Shown one piece after another: positions 18,574 to 27,798 of a stretch of 58,534 nucleotides of DNA. The notes under the pieces were generated by a model. That model worked only from the letters and a program-made list of their open reading frames with translations. It searched no databases and was not told the origin of the DNA. This stretch comes from a virus (taxonomy: Duplodnaviria > Caudoviricetes): the IMG/VR virus record IMGVR_UViG_3300017763_000017, positions 1-58,534 of that record; one strand, given 5' to 3'. The position numbers and the translations under genes were made by a program. Position 1 is the stretch's first letter. The number at the start of each line of letters is the position of its first letter.

Positions 18574-18960
18574 GGTTTTTGGTGTCTTAACGGACATTCC
18601 GTACATATCTCGTATCTTCTGAACCCCACCAGACCCCAAAACAGCGAGTGCTTCTTTCGCTTTTATATCGGAATAGTTATAGTGAAACTTAATCCACTCG
18701 AGATCATCCGAAGATTCTTCTTTTATCCAACGACTGAATCTCTTTCGTTTTCTTACAGAATTGATGTAGTAATCATATTGCATTTTATTGTCAATATGAT
18801 AATTCATGTTCATTTCGTTGCTGTATAGAATAGTATCTGTAAAATACGAGAGACAGCGATTCACCACAAAAGGAGGATACAGACGCTCACAATTACTGTC
18901 AGCGTCCATAAGGTTCTCCTTTGTGTCATTGATCGACTTGAGAAAATCTTTCAATTGCAT
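18571..18960 (-). CDS. 62: Clamp loader small subunit gp62
   Basis: L.SIN.TK, YPPFVVNRCLSYF.DTILY.NEMN, QYDY.INS.RKRKRFS.W, YNYS..KA.EAL. Confidence 0.95.
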   Translation of the reverse strand: MQLKDFLKSINDTKENLMDADSNCERLYPPFVVNRCLSYFTDTILYSNEMNMNYHIDNKMQYDYYINSVRKRKRFSRWIKEESSDDLEWIKFHYNYSDIKAKEALAVLGSGGVQKIRDMYGMSVKTPKT

Positions 18961-19253
18961 CAATCACTATCCCGTACTACTAGTAGTTGATCAAACGGAA
19001 CCAAATCATATGGTACATCATCAACCTTATAGTGTCCAACTGCAGAATCCAACCTCCAGCAAACCCAGTCTCCAACATCAAGACCCGGTAGGGTTACATC
19101 AGGTCCGATAGAATGAACCTCACTCCAAACATTAACATTAGCACCGTCCAGTTGACTTTCACGGTAAATAATACCATGTTCATTTTCATATTCGTGACGT
19201 TGCAAGTCAGTTTTTACCACAACATTAATACCCAACGCTTTTAAGTCTTTCAT
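18960..19253 (-). CDS. GroES/Cpn10-like co-chaperonin
   Basis: LKALG.NVVV, HGII, V.SIGPDV..LDVGDWV, Y.LV..DQLLVV; about 97 aa; ATGA overlap with gp44 stop. Confidence 0.65.
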   Translation of the reverse strand: MKDLKALGINVVVKTDLQRHEYENEHGIIYRESQLDGANVNVWSEVHSIGPDVTLPGLDVGDWVCWRLDSAVGHYKVDDVPYDLVPFDQLLVVRDSD

Positions 19254-20179
19254 TTGAATTCGCACCTCATCATAAGTTCAACAACACACGCGACAAAATT
19301 AATTTCCTGATCAGATACAAATGCTGCTTTGTACTGATACTCTGCGATGATTAGAATCGCTTCTGGTATAGAGTTCTTTTCTAGACTCTCGTACATAGTA
19401 TCATAAATTTTTCTGAACATCTCAGGAGGTGAATTGTCTAGATTGGAGACAATCCACTTACGAGCTTCCGTAAAATTTTTGTCCTTCATTGCGTTCACAA
19501 GATCCTGAATCTTGATGTTCTCAAAGTTGGAAAGAATACCAACATCAATCTGACCAGATACAGAATACCTTTGAATTTCATTTAGCATTCTCCGGATATC
19601 GGGAAAGTGCTTCATAATGAGTTTAACAAGAACTTCGTTATCGAAAGGTATCGATTCAGTGTCCAGAATAAACTTAATTCTCTCCATCATTAACTTCGCT
19701 AGAAAGGGTTTCTCTGCGGAGGGAATCGAAAACTCGATGTTTGTACACCGAGAATGGATTGGTGCAATAATTCGATTCTTGTAATTGCAAGTAAGAATAA
19801 ATCTGCAGTTACCCGCAAACTCCTCAATCGCACCTCGCAACGCTGGCTGAATTGAATTTGCATTGGAATAGTCAAACTCATCCAGAATTACAACTTTTTG
19901 GTTCCCGTTGAGAGAAACAGTGCTAGCAAAATCTCGAATCTTAACACGAAGAGTATCAATATTCCGATCTTCTGAGCAGTTAATTAGAATGTGCTCTGCA
20001 TTTAGATCGTTACACAGTGCTCGTGCCACACTAGTCTTACCTGTACCAGCAGAACCAGACAACAAAATATTTTGTGCGACTCCACTCTTTACCATTTCTA
20101 GAAATGTATTTTTCAGATCGGACGGTAGAATACAGTCTTCAATTGTCTTCGGTCGATACTTCTCTACGAATAGATCCAT
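19250..20179 (-). CDS. 44: Clamp loader large subunit gp44 (AAA+)
   Basis: VEKYRP, GSAGTGKT, VILDEFD, Q.ALR..IEEF, SRC, ADQEIN-like SDQEIN. Confidence 0.97.
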   Translation of the reverse strand: MDLFVEKYRPKTIEDCILPSDLKNTFLEMVKSGVAQNILLSGSAGTGKTSVARALCNDLNAEHILINCSEDRNIDTLRVKIRDFASTVSLNGNQKVVILDEFDYSNANSIQPALRGAIEEFAGNCRFILTCNYKNRIIAPIHSRCTNIEFSIPSAEKPFLAKLMMERIKFILDTESIPFDNEVLVKLIMKHFPDIRRMLNEIQRYSVSGQIDVGILSNFENIKIQDLVNAMKDKNFTEARKWIVSNLDNSPPEMFRKIYDTMYESLEKNSIPEAILIIAEYQYKAAFVSDQEINFVACVVELMMRCEFK

Positions 20180-20898
20180 CAGACAGATGCTCCAGTAGTA
20201 ACAGAATCCATAGTATAAGAACTAGTTGATTCTAGTGCAACCCAGTAAGTCAAGTCAATCCCATCAGCATTAACAAATTCACTGACAATCTTTTCTGCGA
20301 TGTTCACAGTATAAGAACCGGGAATAAACCTAAGATTTTCAATATTAAAATCATAGTTAAAAACTGCACCTTCTTCGAAATCGACATTCTCAATTTCAAT
20401 TGAGTACGTATTACTTCCCTTGTTACCCTTATCATAGAGGGTAGCAGTTACTTCAGAACCATTAGACTTGATAGTTAGATCCGTAAGACCGAGAACAGAA
20501 CCAGCCTTCTTCAGTTCATTGAAAGATGTTTCCTCTAGGGTCAAAGAAACCACCGAGGTAGGCATCTTAACATCCTTAGTTGGAACTGTAAGGAGAGTTG
20601 GTTCGGAATAAAAATACTTAACCTTAGCCTTACCCCCATTAGAAATGGTGACAAACTTTTCATGAAAATCAAAGTCTGGATCATCAAACAGAGAGACCGT
20701 ACCCAGAAAACTAGTCAAATCCCAAATACCAAATTCAACGGGGAATTGTTCGGTAACCGTGGCTTCTGCCATAACATTCTTTGCACCAGTCAAAGTCTTG
20801 ACTACATTTCCGGGACTGATAAGAATGTTAGAATTCAGGTCACGGAAGTTTTTCAGAATCGAAAGTGTTTCTCTAGAAATATGCATCAATTGCTCCAT
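20179..20898 (-). CDS. 45: Sliding clamp gp45
   Basis: S.ETL.ILKNF..LN.NI, FGIWDL..FL, Y.VALE; upstream of 44. Confidence 0.95.
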   Translation of the reverse strand: MEQLMHISRETLSILKNFRDLNSNILISPGNVVKTLTGAKNVMAEATVTEQFPVEFGIWDLTSFLGTVSLFDDPDFDFHEKFVTISNGGKAKVKYFYSEPTLLTVPTKDVKMPTSVVSLTLEETSFNELKKAGSVLGLTDLTIKSNGSEVTATLYDKGNKGSNTYSIEIENVDFEEGAVFNYDFNIENLRFIPGSYTVNIAEKIVSEFVNADGIDLTYWVALESTSSYTMDSVTTGASV

Positions 20899-21080
20899 TT
20901 TGTATCTTCTAGTTCGTCTATCATATCAAATATACTATCTTTGTCAACACTACCACTAGCTAAATCATGTAAAATATCCTTAGTTTGATGTCTCTTAGAT
21001 TTACTTTCTCTCCTTTCACTTGATCTAGTTGCCTTTTTGTGTGTCTTATCTTCAAAAAATCTTTTAGTCTTCTTCTTCAT
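20886..21080 (-). CDS. Small basic/acidic hypothetical protein
   Basis: 64-aa ORF overlapping both neighbours. Confidence 0.55.
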   Translation of the reverse strand: MKKKTKRFFEDKTHKKATRSSERRESKSKRHQTKDILHDLASGSVDKDSIFDMIDELEDTKWSN

Positions 21081-21391
21081 AATTCAACCCATATGTGAAT
21101 AGAGTTATTTTCTATCCTTTTGTATAAAACGCCACTGGATGTATCAAACCACTCATCACCTAGTTCTGCATGAAAAGGCTCAGTACTAGACTCATACAGA
21201 ACCGATCTATCCGACAAAGAAAGCCATCCTGCTTTCTCCCCCAGACTAGGAGACAATCCCTCAATCTTCTTAGATGCGATATATGTTTTACTTTCATGGT
21301 AAACAACATCACCAACTTTATAACAAATGACATTTCCGGATGCACGTTTTGCCTTAAAGTCTCCGATAAAATTAAAATTAGTAATTTTCAT
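21077..21391 (-). CDS. Small protein with CBM5/12-like motif and GD.W module
   Basis: YKVGDVVY...TYIA; GDEWFDTSSGVLY..WVEL. Confidence 0.55.
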   Translation of the reverse strand: MKITNFNFIGDFKAKRASGNVICYKVGDVVYHESKTYIASKKIEGLSPSLGEKAGWLSLSDRSVLYESSTEPFHAELGDEWFDTSSGVLYKRIENNSIHIWVEL

Positions 21392-22116
21392 GAAGTAACC
21401 CTAACCAAAATTGTGGTATCGTTAAATCTTCCTGTTGCTTCCCTAGATTTTGTTTTACACCTAATTAACTCACCGCGAATGTTAGCAGGTCCAATCTCTG
21501 AAAATCGAGGGATCATCTTATCCGCAGTCCTTCCAATCTTTTTCACGAAGGACTTTTCAGAATTAAAATTCTGCAGAGTAGTTCCCTTAATTCCAAATGA
21601 ACTATCGGTTTCGTAATAAAAGGCGTCACCAGTTTTTATATTATATGCAACAAAAGACTTACAGTCCAAAATCTTGACAGGATCAAAAGAATTTACCAGA
21701 ACTTTTCCAAACATCGAATTGTCCATATACTTCAATGTTTTAACAATATCCTCTGGTTTTTTGACCTTCTTCTTTTTGGTAATCTTGGAGTAAGAGGCAA
21801 AGTCATCACAAATGTCAGAAACAAATTGATGAAGTTTTTTCAACTTACCCGGACTAAGAAAATCATAACCTTCCACTAGATCAGGATCTGTATGATCTAT
21901 AGCCTCAGTCAATTCATCCTTGAGATTAGTAAACCACTGTGCGATATACTTTGCCTCAGACTTTTTGATTTTGTATGTTTTAAGAAGATTAATCAATCTC
22001 TTCTTTTTATTATAGTCATTGTTTTTTAGATTTTCGATATATCCATCAATCCATGACTCTACATGTTCTGCGACTTCTTCTGCTTCTTTTGTTACTCTAG
22101 TTCCTAGTTTAGTCAT
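21388..22116 (-). CDS. Hypothetical protein of a type common in T4-like phages
   Basis: D.DLVEGY.FL, IKGTTLQNF, TGRFNDTTILVRV C-terminus. Confidence 0.65.
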   Translation of the reverse strand: MTKLGTRVTKEAEEVAEHVESWIDGYIENLKNNDYNKKKRLINLLKTYKIKKSEAKYIAQWFTNLKDELTEAIDHTDPDLVEGYDFLSPGKLKKLHQFVSDICDDFASYSKITKKKKVKKPEDIVKTLKYMDNSMFGKVLVNSFDPVKILDCKSFVAYNIKTGDAFYYETDSSFGIKGTTLQNFNSEKSFVKKIGRTADKMIPRFSEIGPANIRGELIRCKTKSREATGRFNDTTILVRVTS

Positions 22117-23684
22117 TGTTCTTTCCTAAAGACATATACTGGTTCATATTTATAATATTTGCTTTCTACCATGCAGTAGTTTTTACATTTAGGCTTACCA
22201 TCATCCCCAACTCTATTTTGTCCGGGCATTCCCTCCATAGCCATCTTTAACTTATCAACGTAAACTAATCCATTTTGTTCTACAAACTTTCGAGAATCTT
22301 CTTCTAGGGGAAGGTATTCGCCCTTAATTAGAATATCTGCTATATTCCACAGAAGATATCCACCACATTTTAGCATATCACAACACGTTTGTAAAGTAGG
22401 TTTTAGGAAACCATCTCGCCACGACTCATATGTGCTGCCATATTTTTTGTAAGATTGGTTCTCGTCTTCACTATATGCCTCCCGGTTAAAGTAAGGAGGT
22501 GAAGTAAATACAATATCTATATCACCACGATGCTTTAGGAAGTCTTCATTTTTGCCTATTTCTTCTGAACCGAGTCTGTAAATCTCGTAACTATTTGTGT
22601 GGGAGAAGAATGAATTTCCTCTGTATGTCTTAGAGTTATAAAAATGTGCCACATGCGAGTAACGACAAGTTCCATCAGGGAAAAAATTATCAGGATTGGG
22701 GTCAGTACCGATATAGTGAACATCACGGTTGTCCCGAACAGACATAGCACCCAAAATCCTGCCACCCCATCCAGCAGAAGGGTCGTAAATTTTAATTTGT
22801 TTCTGACTTGGTTTAGTGAATCGCTCATATAAGTATTTAGCAGTTCCCGGTGGAAAATTCACTGCTGGTTGAATATAACCAATTCTAAATGCCTTAAATC
22901 CAACCGGAAAAATTTTACCACCCCTTTTGTATATACGAATCGAGTACACCCGATCGTCTGACATATTTTCAATATCGAATGTAGAGTGGTGTCTGTACCT
23001 TAGCCAACCCATATCATTATACTCTGAGACCTGATCTGCCGTGAGTTGCAATATATCAGATTGCTCAACTTGATTGTAACTACTACTCAACCCATCTCGG
23101 ACCTTAACCTCTTCCAAGAAGAAATCTCTATCTCCGAATATTTCAGGTCTAGTAAAAAATGATTGTATCCAATCAGTTGCCTCGGAAACAGAGATGACAG
23201 AAACCTTTCTATTATCCTTCAGTGCGGAAACAGCATGGTCATAAAAGGAGTCGCGTCTAAAATGACGCAAGCTCCCCTTATAGACCTGATCAAGTCGGTT
23301 AGGATCTGATACCAGATCATAAATGGAATATCCATTGTCTGTATCAGTATAATTGATTCTGGTCTTGAACATATTCTCAAAGAATTGATCAACTTCAGAT
23401 CCTATCCGAGACTTGTTTATAATCACATCACCCTCAGAGGTCCCCAGTTCGTCTGTGTGCTCATATTTACTGACAGGAAAGGTCTCTAGTAGATTCCACT
23501 TTTTAATTATGTCATCTATCGACTTTCCAGTTCTAGGAGGACACCCGTGACTATCCCAAATATCAGTAAATGCCTTTCTCATTTTGATAACCCAATCCAT
23601 AAACTGATCGGGTGTCATCTCTAAAAGATCTTCAAAATTTACATTTACATCACTATTAATAATATAGTCGTTGCGTTCGTACAA
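22113..23684 (-). CDS. Amino (N4-C/N6-A) DNA methyltransferase-like protein with long N-terminal extension
   Basis: Motif I YDPSAGWGGR, YIGTDPN, motif IV FTSPPYF..E.YS; TTG start with GGAGG RBS. Confidence 0.85.
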   Translation of the reverse strand: MYERNDYIINSDVNVNFEDLLEMTPDQFMDWVIKMRKAFTDIWDSHGCPPRTGKSIDDIIKKWNLLETFPVSKYEHTDELGTSEGDVIINKSRIGSEVDQFFENMFKTRINYTDTDNGYSIYDLVSDPNRLDQVYKGSLRHFRRDSFYDHAVSALKDNRKVSVISVSEATDWIQSFFTRPEIFGDRDFFLEEVKVRDGLSSSYNQVEQSDILQLTADQVSEYNDMGWLRYRHHSTFDIENMSDDRVYSIRIYKRGGKIFPVGFKAFRIGYIQPAVNFPPGTAKYLYERFTKPSQKQIKIYDPSAGWGGRILGAMSVRDNRDVHYIGTDPNPDNFFPDGTCRYSHVAHFYNSKTYRGNSFFSHTNSYEIYRLGSEEIGKNEDFLKHRGDIDIVFTSPPYFNREAYSEDENQSYKKYGSTYESWRDGFLKPTLQTCCDMLKCGGYLLWNIADILIKGEYLPLEEDSRKFVEQNGLVYVDKLKMAMEGMPGQNRVGDDGKPKCKNYCMVESKYYKYEPVYVFRKEQ

Positions 23685-23685
23685 T

Positions 23686-24447
23686 CTATCCTCCTACATT
23701 CCAAAATAAAGCACCCGGACTGGCATACTTCTTCATGAATTCCCACGCTTTCGCGTCGTATGTTTGTGCTGATGGGAACGGGGGCAAGACTTTTGTTGGT
23801 TTGTTGAATGGGTAGGGGGACTCATACGTCTTTGCTCTTCCATATGAGCCACGATGTCCCACACGCACACAATGAAACTCGGCGCTTGGCCATGCGATCT
23901 GTAATCCTCTCGTGAGTGTTCCACTTGATCCTACGCTCCAGACTTCAGTTGGTCTAATATCCATACTACCAGCAACCCTAACGATGGAAGAGATAACAGA
24001 AGGATGTTCAAAACCAATAGGAAGTAATCTACGGCGGATTGGATCTTCTGCAACATAATCTCGTGCTCGCTTTTCTGTTACACTAAGCATCCCGTTTGGG
24101 ATCCAATGAATTATAGCACCAAGTTCCTCCGCACGCAACTGATAAGAATGTAAATTTTTTCTGTCTCGTTTTGCCATAAACAAAACCGACTTCTTACCAT
24201 AGTTGTTGCACAAACAAGTAAGAGAAATCTGTGCGTACCCAGTTGCGGGCGAACTCCCATATACCCATTCTTCTACCTCCGGATTTGATTGTATAATAAA
24301 ATCTGCAAATCTGACCTTAGACCCACCACCCAATAAGTCATCACGAACAACATTAAATCCGTGATAATGCTGAACGACTGGCTTTGGGTTGGGATCCCCC
24401 CAGTCACCTATATCAAATAGATCTTCTTCGAATAGGGATGGACTCAT
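23686..24447 (-). CDS. PLP-dependent enzyme, fold type II (ACC deaminase/Trp synthase beta family)
   Basis: VVRDDLLGGGSKVR (PLP lysine), GSSGTL..GL phosphate loop, YDAKAW, LFWNVG. Confidence 0.85.
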   Translation of the reverse strand: MSPSLFEEDLFDIGDWGDPNPKPVVQHYHGFNVVRDDLLGGGSKVRFADFIIQSNPEVEEWVYGSSPATGYAQISLTCLCNNYGKKSVLFMAKRDRKNLHSYQLRAEELGAIIHWIPNGMLSVTEKRARDYVAEDPIRRRLLPIGFEHPSVISSIVRVAGSMDIRPTEVWSVGSSGTLTRGLQIAWPSAEFHCVRVGHRGSYGRAKTYESPYPFNKPTKVLPPFPSAQTYDAKAWEFMKKYASPGALFWNVGG

Positions 24448-26159
24448 TTTAATCTACTAAAATTATTCTTCTTATAAAAAGTTAAACTATTATTAAAACG
24501 ATCTGCTAGTTGATCACTCTTGTGCGTTATGACAAAAATATTACTTTCGGTGGACAGATCCCTAAGAACTTTCATGAGATCGTCCACACCAACAGAGTCC
24601 AGAGACGAATCAAATATTTCATCTAGTATTAATAAATTGCAGTGAGCACTATTTTTTATCTTTGCAATCTTTCTCCAAGCAAGAAGAATTGCTAGATCAA
24701 TTCTAGATTTTTCACCTTCACTAAAATTCATGTAACTAAAAGTGTCCCTATGTCTACTTTTAATTTCTTCGTTAAATTCTTCATCTAATGAAAAGGAAAC
24801 AAAGAAATTCATATGAGTAAGATATTTATTTATGATCTCGTTAATTACAGGTAAGTAATTTTTTATGATTTTTGATTTTATACCAGAGTCTTTGAGTAAT
24901 AAAAACAACACATCTAAATTTGACTTTAATTCTTTCTGTCTTACCACTCGTTCTTTGTGTGCATATAAATCAGATTCGTAATCTCTCTGTTTTCCTTCAC
25001 ACTCCAATATGTTTTCATCAAAGCTACTGGATTCATTTTCAGATTCTAGTAGAGAAGTCATATACTTATTGGCAGCATTTATTTCACTATTCTTTTCTCG
25101 TATCGACTGCTCTATATTTTTACTAACTAAAAATTTCTGCTTCAATTCATCTAAAGAACTTTTCAATTCAGTGTAATCAGTTTTAAAAGAAATTATACTA
25201 GATTCTATTTCATCTTTAGATTCATTTAAATCAGATAATTTATCTCCTTTAAACTCTTCCGTAATTTCCTGACTGCATGTTGGACAGACGCTGTTCTCGT
25301 CATAGAATGAAATAGAACTAATAGTCTTTTTCTTATCCTTTATCAAATTAACAATAGAACTTTCAAATTTACCCAGTTTATTCTCTATCGTTTTCTGTTC
25401 ACTTTCTACCTCAGAATACGGCAATAAAGAATCGGTTAATTGCGATAGTTCCTCATTAAAAATTTTTATTTCATTCTTTAGTTTCTCTACTTTGTTTGTT
25501 AGGTTGGAGGCGCTTTCATTTTTCTTATCCGAAAAAGATTTAATAGTTTGTTCCTGAACTTCTATCTTTTCGGTTAGAACTTCCATTTTATTTTGTAACT
25601 CTCGAACTTGATTTTTTGTCATGGACAATTTAGCTTTGATAATTTGGTTCATTGCACTGAATATATTAATGTCTAAAATATCTTCAATCACTTCCCTTCT
25701 ATCCACAGCAGAAAGTTGCATGAAAGGAACAAATGAAGAACTACCAAGAGTTACAATCTGAGTGAACGACTTATAATTCATTTTTAAGATCTGATCTTCT
25801 AAAAGTTTTTGGTAATCTTTAGCTTTTGCAGACTGTTGCAGTAGTTCTCCATTTTTGTGAATCTCAAATTTCTTAGGTTTTAAACCACGAACAATTTCAT
25901 AGGTGTCACCATAAATTTCAAATGTTAACTGCACAACACAATTTTTATTGTTCATTGTGTTGATAAGCTGAGGTATATTTATTTTCCTAAATGGCTTACC
26001 AAACAAAGCAAACGTAATAGAATCTAAAAGAGCATAGGATTTACCGTGACCATTTGATCCAGAAACTAGGGTCATGTTATCACTACAAAAATCTATCTCA
26101 GTAAAATAATTACCAAAAGAACCGAAGTTTTTAAATTTAACAGTTTTAAACTTTATCAT
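24444..26159 (-). CDS. 46: Recombination endonuclease ATPase subunit gp46 (Rad50/SbcC-like)
   Basis: FKNF.SFGN, GSNGHGKS, CPTC zinc hook, coiled coils, FSEGEK, LILDE.FDSSLD. Confidence 0.97.
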   Translation of the reverse strand: MIKFKTVKFKNFGSFGNYFTEIDFCSDNMTLVSGSNGHGKSYALLDSITFALFGKPFRKINIPQLINTMNNKNCVVQLTFEIYGDTYEIVRGLKPKKFEIHKNGELLQQSAKAKDYQKLLEDQILKMNYKSFTQIVTLGSSSFVPFMQLSAVDRREVIEDILDINIFSAMNQIIKAKLSMTKNQVRELQNKMEVLTEKIEVQEQTIKSFSDKKNESASNLTNKVEKLKNEIKIFNEELSQLTDSLLPYSEVESEQKTIENKLGKFESSIVNLIKDKKKTISSISFYDENSVCPTCSQEITEEFKGDKLSDLNESKDEIESSIISFKTDYTELKSSLDELKQKFLVSKNIEQSIREKNSEINAANKYMTSLLESENESSSFDENILECEGKQRDYESDLYAHKERVVRQKELKSNLDVLFLLLKDSGIKSKIIKNYLPVINEIINKYLTHMNFFVSFSLDEEFNEEIKSRHRDTFSYMNFSEGEKSRIDLAILLAWRKIAKIKNSAHCNLLILDEIFDSSLDSVGVDDLMKVLRDLSTESNIFVITHKSDQLADRFNNSLTFYKKNNFSRLK

Positions 26160-26773
26160 TTGTCAACTTTAATACTTTTTAACTCCTCATTCCCTACCAT
26201 AGACTTAAATTTTGAACTACGTTTAATTTGGTTTTTTGGTAGTTCGACTGGTTTCTTGTTTAGTATTTTTGGAGGTCCGGAAGATTGCTTAGGTAATGAT
26301 GTTGGTGTTACTCCCGAAGTTTTCTTTTTACCGCAACCACAACCCTTATTTTCTTTATCTGGTTTCATGGGTTTATCCTCCGGAACAATTGGATAAAATA
26401 AAATTTCTTCTCCCACATCTATATCTTTGATTGCTCTAACAGTCACAATTCCAAAACGATGATCGTGTTGATATACTGCGTTGTTTTCTGGATATGAACG
26501 ATATGAGGTAAAGTTCCCCCCGACCATATACAAAGAAGTTTTCTGTGTTGTGATATCATACGAAGTAACTAAACCATCAAGTAGTTCCTCATCTGTATCG
26601 TCCGATTTGTACATAGCCTCTAAAGTAGAAGATATTTTTTTAGTTGCACACTCTTCTATAACCTGACCCATTTTAAATCTCTGGGTTGCAACTACAACAT
26701 ATCCATTTTTAGTGCCTTTGAGTTTACATCCCTTTGATATAAAATCACTATAATAAAAATTACCGTCATTCAT
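26156..26773 (-). CDS. Divergent SET-domain-like protein with basic C-terminal tail
   Basis: GY.VVAT..FK.GQVIEEC, S..NNA, VRAIKDIDVGEEI..Y, GCGCG; NHS motif not intact. Confidence 0.6.
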   Translation of the reverse strand: MNDGNFYYSDFISKGCKLKGTKNGYVVVATQRFKMGQVIEECATKKISSTLEAMYKSDDTDEELLDGLVTSYDITTQKTSLYMVGGNFTSYRSYPENNAVYQHDHRFGIVTVRAIKDIDVGEEILFYPIVPEDKPMKPDKENKGCGCGKKKTSGVTPTSLPKQSSGPPKILNKKPVELPKNQIKRSSKFKSMVGNEELKSIKVDK

Positions 26774-27798
26774 TGGTCTAAAGCCTCCAAATATATTTCA
26801 TTTGCTAATTTTTTAAGGACACTACTATTTATGTCCAATTCTAGATTATCTATTTCTTCGTTTATAATCGTCAAAGTATCCTTAGACAAATCAACAGGAT
26901 CTGTATCTTTATTATCCATTGATATGTCTTCTATTATAGTAAATTCATATGGATTTTGATTTTCTATGTTTGTAATTTTTTCATCGACTACTTTTCTTGC
27001 ACAATCCGATGTTACAATCAATTTAATATATTTGTTAGCGAATTTACTATAGTCTAATATGCTATCGTTTGGGTTTACTGAATAAAACATTTTATCTGGA
27101 TTTTCAATAAATTCAATCTCTCTAGTTTCAGTATCTAAAACATGAAACCCCTTAGTGTCATTCATATCAGAAAATGTAATTTCGTATTGAGTGCCTAAAT
27201 ATTCAACATTGTTATTTGATGACTTATTGTGGAAATGTCCACTAAGAACCATTTCGAATCTAGACAAAAACGAATCTTCCATACCACCAGAAAATTTGAC
27301 ACCCCTAAGAACTTCATAATTATTAAGTTCAAAATGTCCACACAAAATGGGACATGCACAGTTTTGTATGAAATCTAGAACAGAATCTTTATTCTGTGGA
27401 CATATCCAAGGAACCATCCCAACACACAAATCATCAAAATTTAAAACTTTACAATCTTCATATAAATTGAAACATTTATAATGAGAAAACAATTGCTTAG
27501 GTGAATTCACCTCGTTTGTATTTCTGTAAAATGTATCATGGTTCCCAAGAAGCATATGGAGATTTACATCCATACTTTCAAGTCGATCAAAAAATCTACT
27601 CTTGACCTGTGTTAAAGTATTAAAATTTACATACTTCCTTCTATCCATCAGATCTCCCAGATGGAGAACAGTATCAATTTTATTTTCTTCTATGTAAGGA
27701 AAAAATATGTTTTCAAAAAACTCAAAGAAGTAGTTTAAAAAAACAGCAGAATCATTCCTTGCACCGAAGTGGGTATCATTTAGGATCGCTATCTTCAT
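26770..27798 (-). CDS. 47: Recombination endonuclease subunit gp47 (Mre11/SbcD-like)
   Basis: MKIAILNDTHFGAR, HLGD..DRRK, GNHD, GHFE, SGHFH. Confidence 0.97.
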   Translation of the reverse strand: MKIAILNDTHFGARNDSAVFLNYFFEFFENIFFPYIEENKIDTVLHLGDLMDRRKYVNFNTLTQVKSRFFDRLESMDVNLHMLLGNHDTFYRNTNEVNSPKQLFSHYKCFNLYEDCKVLNFDDLCVGMVPWICPQNKDSVLDFIQNCACPILCGHFELNNYEVLRGVKFSGGMEDSFLSRFEMVLSGHFHNKSSNNNVEYLGTQYEITFSDMNDTKGFHVLDTETREIEFIENPDKMFYSVNPNDSILDYSKFANKYIKLIVTSDCARKVVDEKITNIENQNPYEFTIIEDISMDNKDTDPVDLSKDTLTIINEEIDNLELDINSSVLKKLANEIYLEALDQ

